The position numbers and the translations under genes are program-made. Positions 54,164 to 64,000 of a stretch of DNA of 64,000 nt are shown one piece after another. Below the pieces are notes generated by a model. The model did not search any database, was not told the origin of the DNA, and worked only from the letters and a program-made list of their open reading frames with translations. Position 1 is the stretch's first letter. Each line of letters starts with the position of its first letter. The DNA comes from Octopus vulgaris (lineage: Eukaryota), in NCBI GenBank assembly GCA_951406725.2, contig OX597814.1:180234001-180298000 (forward strand). Direction: 5' to 3'.

Positions 54164-54598
54164 TAGTTACTGATTTGTGCTTGAAGATCGTCTGGTCCGT
54201 TAAAATACATAAGTATTGGCAAATAAACAAAGTTTAGGTAAGGTGAAATATGCTTGGAACACAGAGAGCGCTTTTAGCTGATAATGTTGCCTTGACACAT
54301 TTAACCATTGTTTATTTTCCAACACATCTTCACACTAATACTTATGTATATAGTGTATCAAAAATATGACATGTCCTTCCCGAAACAATAGCTTATAAGG
54401 CCGGCTTGCAAAATTCCCTGCCCCAGGACAGGACGCTGGTCCGTCGCAGGATTACACAATTTTGTCAGCTGATTGGACTGAACCAACGCGAAAGGACGTG
54501 TTTTGACAAGAACATTATGCATAGCTCTGTCCAGGAATCGAAACCACAATCTTACGATCACAAGTGCAATACCTTAACCACTAAGCCACACGTCACTA

Positions 54599-54657
<59 letters not shown>

Positions 54658-55772
54658 CACGTATGTGTGTATGTATGTATTTATGTATATATGTATGTAT
54701 GTGTGTGTGTGTCTGTCTGTCTGTCTATGTATGTATGTATGTATGTATGTATGTATGTATGTATGTATGTATGTATGTATGTATGTATATATGTATGTAT
54801 GTATGTATGTATGCATGCATGTATGTATCCTTTGCGCATTTATATCGTTTTGTATAATTTATGTTTACTACCATAAGTTCCATCCCATTCCCCTTTTGTC
54901 AGAATACAATTACATTGTTATCCAATAATATTCCGTTATTCCATATTATACAGTCAACGTTAGATATGGTATGTAAATATAGTCATGTGTGTGTTTTCCG
55001 AAGCCTTTCAGCTGACTGACTATGTTTGAGTTATCTTCCTTACATTTTGCTTGATTTTAATCAACCCTAGAGGGAATTGCAGAATAAATTGCATGAATAA
55101 ATGCCAGTTAATCGATGTTTATATACACATACACAACTGAAAATGGCAATTCAAAGAATCAAGTAATATTCACAATAAGCACCCCAAGGGTTGGGATGGG
55201 CTGTCATGAAGACAGTAGAAGAGTTTAGACAATAATTTAACGTCATCGTGTCTCTGAAAGACTGGGAACCACAATGGTAGAGTTTATATAATTAATCAAA
55301 TTCAGAAGTCAGAGGGAATAAAAATATTTATTTCATATGTTTACACCTGTTTCGTACTCCAGATTCAGTTACATCATTAACGCTAAATCACTCTATAAAC
55401 ATATAAGTATTCATATTGATGTACACGTATAGTTGCATGGTAACCTAAAGAGCAGAACATTTTATGTGCATTAAACATGTCTCTAGAGTTAACTTTATAT
55501 TTATACTTGTATGGTTGTTGGGCGCTTTAGCGTCGATTTCTCTTCCTGAATTTGATTATATATATATATATAAATCATAAGGACACATTAAAGTGTCTAC
55601 CCGCTAGAAATGAGAGTTAAAAGTTAAAATCTCATTTGGACCACTAAAAAATTAGCACTGCAGCTAAGCAATTCAGGACGCCAGCAGATTCCAACATGGC
55701 GGATTGGGAAGGTGTTTCAAAGGGTTAAGATGTGCTTAAGAAGATAAGATTTTTTTTTTCCTTTTTTTTTCC

Positions 55773-56388
55773 TCCTTTGTACGGCCACACCTTGAATACT
55801 GCTGCCCACTGTGGTCTCCTCACACAAGACAAAACATCTCCAGAATTGAGTCACCCCAGAGGGCACTCACTAAACAAATTGAAGGCATGGCTGCTCTCGA
55901 TTATTGGGATCGCCTTAAAGCCTTGAAACTTTACTCCCTCCAGCGTCGCCGTGAGCGGTACATCATTTGTACGATGTGGAAAATATACCACCAACTTTGC
56001 CCAAACGACCTAAACATTAGCTTCAAGGTTCATCCAAGACTTGGACCACGAGCTATACGTCCCCTGCCCAATTCAAGATCACAACATACATGTACACTGC
56101 AACATAATTTCTTTTCCTCAACAGGCCCTGCCCTATTTAACATTGTCCCGAGGGAGATCAAAGAGGAAAAGGATCCCATCAACTTTAAACAGAGTCTGGA
56201 TAGATTCCTTCAAAGAATACCAGATAAGCCACCCATAATTGGATACAACTCACCCAACAAGAACTCACTACTTGAACAAAACTTGACTTAAACAGGATTC
56301 GAATAATCCTATCAGGTGGTGCTATTAAGTTAGACATGGCCTGGACCAATCTTTGGTCGAAACATATCTAAGTTTATCTAAGTTTATC
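55773..56388 (+). mobile_element. CR1-group LINE 3' end (open frame to 56291) with (TATCTAAGTT)n tail
   Basis: SFVRPHLEYCCPLWSPH..IESPQRALTKQIEGMAALDYWDRLKALKLYSLQRRRERY..GPALFNIVP..FKQSLDRFLQRIPDKP; 3'UTR stem-loop GACCAA-TCT-TTGGTC. Confidence 0.92.
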
Positions 56389-56763
56389 AAACCAGAAACC
56401 GGTCCATATATATAATTGTACCATTAAATATATTAGCTTATGCTATATAGGTATGTGAGATATTTTTTCGTTCCGCTTGCTCATATACTCTTGAATCTGT
56501 TATTTATAGTGTCAATATTTTTGTGGTCCAAATGAGGATTTTAACTCTCATTTCTAGCGGATGGACACTTTAATGTGTTCTTCCGATTAATATAATTTTA
56601 ATTCTATAACATTATAATGCTGATTTAGGTCTGCAACCACCTATATTAATATTGCTGCTATCATCAACTATTTGTATTGCCTACGATAATAATAACAATA
56701 TTTATATCTATATAAATATTCGCTTCTGAATAATTTGTTGCTGTTGAGATATATATAGAACAG

Positions 56764-57932
56764 TATATATTAAAGTTAAATAAGACCGGATTATGGGATT
56801 ACCTTAGGTTTCTCATCCATGAAGGATTTTGCTTTATGGCGTATCATTAGATCCCAAAACCTGTTGGCTTAATGCCTCCCTAGCGAGTAGCCTCTCTTGA
56901 ATAAGGAACAGGAAAGGACCCCGCTACTCAATGTCAACAAAGTAGATTGTCTTTCTTTATCTATCGATCGCCGGTGACCCTGCCATCCTGTGGGTTCCAA
57001 TACGCTAGTAAGAAATTCTTGAAATGTAAGCGCGGTCCAAATACTTCCATTCTGGAGTTAATGATCTTCCCTTGGCCGAGGGATTCCTTTAGGATCTTCG
57101 CCCGTTCCGCTATGCATAATTCACAGCGCTTGTTCCCGTTTATGTAGGGGCCTGGATTTTCTAGGATTCTCCATGATGTTGTGTATGGAATCCCGTCGTG
57201 TATCAGCTGCCATACATGGCTGGCTAATGACGTGATGTATCCCCTTTCCGGTATCCTGAAGGAGGATCTGTGGTTGAAGAGGCGCTGTCATTGCTGTTAG
57301 TGGTGTCATTGGTGACAGCTCTACTGCTATTTCCGTTAGGGATACTGCCTTTGCTGTCGTACAGCGCCAGTTCAAGTAACATCCGTGGTAGCCACGTCAG
57401 GACCAACAGACACAGCACTCCCAATACTTGACCAGGAAGATACATCGGCTGTTCTAGGAACTCCTTCATTAGCCAGCCATGTATGGCAGCTGAAAGACGT
57501 CGGGATTCCATACACACTATCATGGAGAATCCTAGAAAATCCAGGTCCCTACATAAACGGGACCAAACGCTGTGAATTATCCAAAGCAGAACGAGCGAGG
57601 ATCCAAAAGGACTCCTTCGACCCAAGGAACATCCTTAACTCCAGAACGGAGGTCTTTGGACCGTGCTGACATTTCAGGAAATTCTTGCTAGTCTATTAGA
57701 GCCCGCGGGATGGCAGGGTCAATAGCGATCGATAGCCAAAAGGAGACAATTCACTTTGTTGACATTAAGTAGCGGGGTCTTTTCCTCTTCCATATTCTAG
57801 AGGGGCCACTCGCTAGAGAGGCCTTAAGCCAACAGGTTTTGGGATCTGATGATACGCCATAAAGCTAAAAATTTTATGGACGTGAAACCTAAGGTAATCC
57901 TATAAACTGGCCTTATCAAACTTTAATATATA
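56764..57932. mobile_element. Penelope-like element 3' ends as an inverted pair (GIY-YIG C-terminus plus hammerhead in each arm)
   Basis: 56764-57230 is a diverged reverse complement of 57466-57932; translation SLASHVWQLKDVGIPYTLSWRIL..PYINGTKRCEL..ER..I....LNSRTEVFGPC*H..KFLL matches the C-terminal part of PLE GIY-YIG endonucleases. Confidence 0.88.
57842..57900 (+). ncRNA. Type-I hammerhead ribozyme with canonical core
   Basis: GGAT-CTGATGA-T-ACGCCATAAAG..TTTATGGACGT-GAAA-CC taa GG-TA-ATCC; GUA cleavage triplet; the opposite-arm copy (56796-56855, minus) has CTAATGA. Confidence 0.8.
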
Positions 57933-57954
57933 TATATATCACACACATACACAC

Positions 57955-58066
<112 letters not shown>

Positions 58067-58617
58067 TCTGACACTGTCAGGATAGGTTTTGAATCATTTA
58101 GTATATTGTGATCAAAATTTTATTTTCCTATGTTTGTAATCATCCGATGGCTGGAAGTGGAGAAAAGTCTGCAAGATTCGTGAACACTCAACTTTCCATC
58201 TCTCTTTCTGTTCCCATTTTCTCACTCTCTCTCACTCTTGCTGCCTCCCTTTTTCTTTCTGTTTGTTTGTCCCTTTGACGCGTGTAACAGTGCAATTAGC
58301 GGCTAAGATATTTTCCCTGTATATCTACACTTCGTTGAAACACTGACTGGCCGTTTAATTAGTTGAACACTACTCAAAAACGTGCATTAAAGTTAAACTG
58401 TCTATGATCAAGTTTTATATAGTTTATATAGATAACTGCATGTAGAAATTTATTATTTAATGATGAAGGGAATTTTCTCTCATTAATCCTTTTAGATACA
58501 GTTTACTGCAAGTGATTACCTAACAAACGTGAATATGCATCTCTCTCTCTCTCTTTCTCTCTCTATCCATCTATCTGTCTGTCTGTCTGTCTGTCTATAC
58601 ATACATACATACATACA

Positions 58618-58651
<34 letters not shown>

Positions 58652-58820
58652 CATACATACATATAGGTAAAATTCTTTTTTGGAACAATGGATCTCGAAG
58701 CATAGAAATCTATAAATAATAGCTGGTGAATATTGAGTTTCTTGGGTGTCTAGTAAACCGCTTTAGCTAGAAAAAGCCGAAGACGGCTCGTGGAACACGA
58801 ACCCAAGTTTCCCTTAGACG

Positions 58821-58865
<45 letters not shown>

Positions 58866-58948
58866 GGTCCCGGGTTGATTCGGGGTTAACCACAGTAAGT
58901 AAGGTACTCAATACATAGCAGAGTAAAATTAATTTATTATATAGAAGG

Positions 58949-58999
58949 AGCTTCTACAGGACTAGTACTGTTTCATTCAAGAGAAATCTTCAGGAAGCT
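58949..58999 (-). ncRNA. Type-I hammerhead ribozyme (left arm)
   Basis: Reverse complement of 61113-61163. Confidence 0.75.
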
Positions 59000-59721
59000 A
59001 TTTAACAAGAATTGTATTAGCATTTATACATTTAGGCAGGTTTAAAGGAGTGGTGGTGGGGGACTTTTTTGGGGGTAGGCATAGCGCAAAATATCATACT
59101 TGGGGGAGTGGTCAAGGAGTCAGTGGTAAGTTAGATGAAAGAGTAGATAAATAAAAAAATAAAATAATAAAATAAAAAAATAAAAAAATAAAAAATAAAT
59201 AAATAAAAAAATAAAAAAATAAAAAAATAAAAAAATAAAAAATATATATAAAAAATATATATATAAAAAAAATATATATATAAAAAAAGGGGGGATAGAG
59301 TTATAGGTAAATAAGGAGATTCTCACTTATACCTATACACATATGTATACGTATCTACACACATATATATACTCATATATATATATATATATATATACAT
59401 ATATATACACATATACATATATACACATATACATACATATCTACATACACACATACATACACCCGCCCACATATACAAATTTATACACATGCACATGCAT
59501 ATACCTGTCTACACATACACACACGTATATATGCATACACTCACTCCCATGCATGCACGCATACACACATGTATATATATACACACACGACCACACATAC
59601 ATATATACACAGAAAAATATATATTCATACGCACATACACTCATGCACACACAACACACCTAGTTCCCTATATACACATATTTACACCTATATATACATA
59701 CACCCACATACACATATGTAC

Positions 59722-59756
<35 letters not shown>

Positions 59757-59861
59757 CATATACACGCATACATATATATACATGTGTGCACATACATACA
59801 TATACACATATACATACACACACACATACACATGTGTACCTATACATACCTACACATACAC

Positions 59862-59904
<43 letters not shown>

Positions 59905-60224
59905 CCAATACAGGCCCATTCCCTAATTTTAATTTTATTATCTTCATTTATTACTTTTGTTATCTTTGATCGCTAGAGCTAAGGATCCTGGCTATGGCAG
60001 CATGTCCATTTGTCTGTCTACTAGAAGGCAAGTACTCATTCCCGCACGCCCACTCATTAGCACGTACATTCACCCATTCGTACACTCATACACATACACG
60101 TACGCACGCGTTATATTCATACATACAAACATCTACATACGTTCACGTATATACACATACGTACTCGTACCTACAGATTCGTGTCTACACTTTAGGAGGC
60201 TAGTCTATACATATACACCAATAA

Positions 60225-60256
<32 letters not shown>

Positions 60257-60310
60257 ACATACACACACACACATATACTCCTACATACAGATACATACCT
60301 ATATATATAT

Positions 60311-60355
<45 letters not shown>

Positions 60356-60428
60356 CATACACACACACACATATATATACACACACATACATACACATAT
60401 ATATACATACACAAACATATATACACAC

Positions 60429-60460
<32 letters not shown>

Positions 60461-60557
60461 ACACACATACATACATATACACACAAACACATACATACGT
60501 ATACATACATACATACATCCATACTTACATGCATTTATACGCATACACACACCCCCA

Positions 60558-60592
<35 letters not shown>

Positions 60593-61112
60593 TCACACAT
60601 ACATATACAAATATACGCACACACATACATACATACACGTATACGCATACATGCACATACACATATACATGCGTACCCATACACGTGCACACACGCACGT
60701 GCATCCATATATATACACACACACACATATATACACGTGTGCAAGTATACATACATACTCATACACACACACATACTTACATATACATATATGCACACAC
60801 TTACACACATATACATACACATATACATGCATACATACATATATGCATACATACACATACACGCATATACACATATACATGCGTACCCATACACGTGCAC
60901 ACACGCACGCGCATCCATATATATACACACACACACATATATACACGTGTGCAAGCATACATACATACTCATACACGCACACATACTTACATATACATAT
61001 ATGCACACACTTACACACATATATACATACACATATACATGCATACATACATATATGCATACATACATAAACCTGCCTAAATGTATAAATGCTAATACAA
61101 TTCTTGTTAAAT

Positions 61113-61163
61113 AGCTTCCTGAAGATTTCTCTTGAATGAAACAGTACTAGTCCTGTAGAAGCT
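61113..61163 (+). ncRNA. Type-I hammerhead ribozyme (right arm)
   Basis: AGCTTC-CTGAAGA-T TTC tctt GAA T-GAAA-CAG tactagtc CTG-TA-GAAGCT; 6-bp stem I, 4-bp stem III, GUA triplet at 61155-61157. Confidence 0.75.
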
Positions 61164-61199
61164 CCTTCTATATAATAAAAAAAAATATATATATATATA

Positions 61200-61410
61200 T
61201 AGTTAATCCAAACATTAAAATACAAAGAGAAAACACAACAACGCGAGAACGTGGAACAAGTATAGTGTTATTGGACACTCAGGAAAGGATAGAAAGAAGG
61301 AGGATTTAACGTTTCGAGCGGAGCTCTTCGTCAGAAACATAGGAAAAGGAAAGATCCAAGGAAAGGAAAACGGAGGAAAAAAAAAATTACCAACGATACA
61401 CATGCCGTCA
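61200..61410 (-). mobile_element. Short hammerhead-bearing PLE-derived repeat (HHR 61304-61338, canonical CUGACGA)
   Basis: Minus strand GTTT-CTGACGA-A-GAGC tcc GCTC-GAAA-CG-TT-AAAT; same family as 34245-34432. Confidence 0.72.
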
Positions 61411-61417
61411 CACACAC

Positions 61418-61459
<42 letters not shown>

Positions 61460-61460
<1 letters not shown>

Positions 61461-61622
61461 GGCGCAGGAGTGGCTGTTTGGTAAGTAGTTTACTTACCAA
61501 CCACATGGTTCCGGGTTCAGTCCCACTGCATGGCACCTTGGGCAAGTGTCTTCTACTATAGCCTCGGGCCGACCAAATCCTTGTGAGTGGATTTGGTAGA
61601 CGAAAACTGAAAGAAGCCCCTC

Positions 61623-61678
<56 letters not shown>

Positions 61679-61787
61679 TTGTCCCCCCAACATCGCTTGA
61701 AAACTGATGCTGGTCCTGGGGTCGATTTGGTCGACTAAAGGCAGTGCTCCAGCATGGCCGTAGTCAAATGACAAACAAATAAAAGAA
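61460..61787 (+). mobile_element. SINE family B with ~80-bp internal deletion
   Basis: GATGCTGGT is joined directly to CCTGGGGTCGAT. Confidence 0.87.
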
Positions 61788-62615
61788 TATATATACATAT
61801 ACATACACACACGCATATATATATATATATACACACACACGTATATATACATAGCGAGAGAGAAAGAGAGAAAGAAAGATAGAGGACAGAAAGGGAGGTA
61901 CATGTACTGCTTATTATGTGTATATGGATATCTACGAAGGAGTATAAATTTGTGAGTATATACGTAGGTGTATATATGTGGGTGTATATTTATGAGTGTA
62001 TAGTTCTGATAATGTGAGTGTGTGTGTGTGTTCATGGTAGGTGTATGAGCGTGAACATGCATGAAAGAGAATGAGAGAGAAAAATGAGACAGAGAAAGAG
62101 AGATCATAGAAGCGCATGAGAAACGAATATCTTATATGTCGTGTATTAAATTGAACGTGGAAAGCGAAAAAAAAAAAAAAAGACAAAAAACCCCAGAGAA
62201 TGTAATAGTGTGTTGTATGTGTGTGTGTGTGTGTGTGTCTGTGTGTGCGTGTTTGAGTGTGTCTGAGCGTGACCACAAAGTGTGATAAAGGAAGTATGAA
62301 AGAACGAAAAGAAACAATATTCCATATATTGAATCTGTCTGATTGTGGATACGTGAGTGAGAGAGTGAGTGAGAGAATGACACGGAGAGAGAAAGAGAGA
62401 GAGAGAGAGAGAAAAGCGTGTGTGTTTATTTGACCGAATATCCAAGAGAGAGAGAGAGAGAGAGAGAGAACATAGAAGAAAAAGAGAGAGAGAGTAGAGC
62501 GTGAAGAATAGAAATGATGAGTGAAAAAAAAAAGTGTGTGTATATGTATATGATAGTGAAAGAAATGGATTATCATAAAGGAACAACATCCATGTGTATG
62601 TTTGTCTGACTGGAT

Positions 62616-62687
<72 letters not shown>

Positions 62688-62845
62688 GAAGTATTTTTGA
62701 CTGGTTATGTACGAATGATAGAGACACACAGACATTAGAAAAGAATGAAAGAAAAAACGAGAGTGAATGGGAAAATATTATGAGTGAAGCTCTGTGAGCG
62801 TGCGTGTGTGTGTGTGTGTATGTATGTGCGCGCGCGTGTGTGTGT

Positions 62846-62886
<41 letters not shown>

Positions 62887-62994
62887 CAGCTATTTGTCAG
62901 GCAACAAGGATAATAACAGTTGTTTTTCGCAGCGTTGAGGCTGGCAACACTGTAGAAAGACATTGATTGCCATCTTTGGTTGAACGAACTCTGT

Positions 62995-63031
<37 letters not shown>

Positions 63032-63215
63032 AACAAACTCATACGAGTGTTGCTGCTCACTCACACTCTCCCCATACAAGCAAACAATCGCGCACGAACA
63101 GTCGAGCATCTTGCACGCGCGCATGCACGCAGCATACGTACATATGTATAGATATATATTTATGTGTATGTGTCTGTGTGTCTGTGTATCTGCGTGTAAT
63201 GATAATGCAGATGAT

Positions 63216-63265
<50 letters not shown>

Positions 63266-63558
63266 ACACACAAACACATAAGCAACCCCCGCATATATAT
63301 ATATATATATATACAATATACTCACCCAAAACGCTTACATACACCCACAAACTCACCCACACGCATAAACAAACGCCGAACTTTCATGCATATACATACA
63401 CACACACACACACACAAAGTCAGTATAAACATATTAAATCTCACACGCACACACACACACACACACAACTCATACGCACAATCATACAAATGCTCTCATA
63501 TATAGTAGTACACATACAGCCACATACAACTACACATACGTGCGCCCCCTCTCTCTTT

Positions 63559-63655
<97 letters not shown>

Positions 63656-63824
63656 CTTTCTCTCTCTCTCACGCACACACAAACATTAATACGAACACAT
63701 CACTGCATGCATACTCTGTCTAATCCGCAGATTCATACATACGGACGAGCGCATAGTTAGATGTGTATAAACTTACATACACATTCACACACACACAGCA
63801 AAAATCACATACGCTAACAATCAC

Positions 63825-63862
<38 letters not shown>

Positions 63863-64000
63863 TAAACGAACCACATGTATCTGCACACCCACATTAATAG
63901 ACACAGTCACACACACATACACACACACACACAGTCACCTTTGCAGCAGAATTGCTGATGCTTGTACGAAGATTACACCCATACACATATTTACAACACA

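Larger units (their letters stand above)
58864..61179. mobile_element. ORF-less element with 112-bp hammerhead-containing inverted repeats around a microsatellite body
   Basis: 58933-59044 and 61068-61179 appear identical in reverse complement; (TA)n on both outer flanks. Confidence 0.8.

Noticed and set aside
57661-57698. In-frame TGA in GPC*H of the PLE endonuclease as possible selenocysteine
   Set aside because: This position is normally Arg in the C-R-H motif, so CGA->TGA CpG decay is the simpler explanation; the opposite arm has a different codon and no SECIS was recognised.
59957-61114. 385-aa ORF and the many other H/T/Y/I, C/V or S/L-rich ORFs
   Set aside because: They are translations of (CA)n, (TA)n, (TACA)n and (CT)n microsatellites that lack stop codons; there is no coding signal.

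Overview
This is AT-rich, microsatellite-saturated eukaryotic DNA with no intact protein-coding gene. A coleoid cephalopod (probably Octopus) is inferred from the two dominant tRNA-derived SINE families, the EKPYHCDIC-type C2H2 zinc-finger remnant and the repeat density. The window holds many SINE copies and LINE fragments (R4/Dong, RTE, CR1, Penelope-like). It also holds a decayed mariner, MITEs of several kinds (Merlin-type with GG termini and 8-bp TSDs, piggyBac, Tc1/pogo, hAT), Helitron/Helentron derivatives, a C2H2-ZNF pseudogene and a 5S rRNA copy. The strongest signal is about a dozen type-I hammerhead-ribozyme motifs in Penelope-like 3' ends that sit in (TA)n and often form outward-facing inverted pairs. 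One of these is a very young, ORF-less ~2.3-kb element with apparently identical 112-bp ribozyme-bearing inverted arms. Also notable are a 5S rRNA/SINE chimeric retroposon inside a single 14-bp TSD and a CpG-depleted ~29-kb central domain suggesting a methylated minus-strand transcription unit. All coordinates and alignments were read by eye, and nothing was searched or folded computationally.
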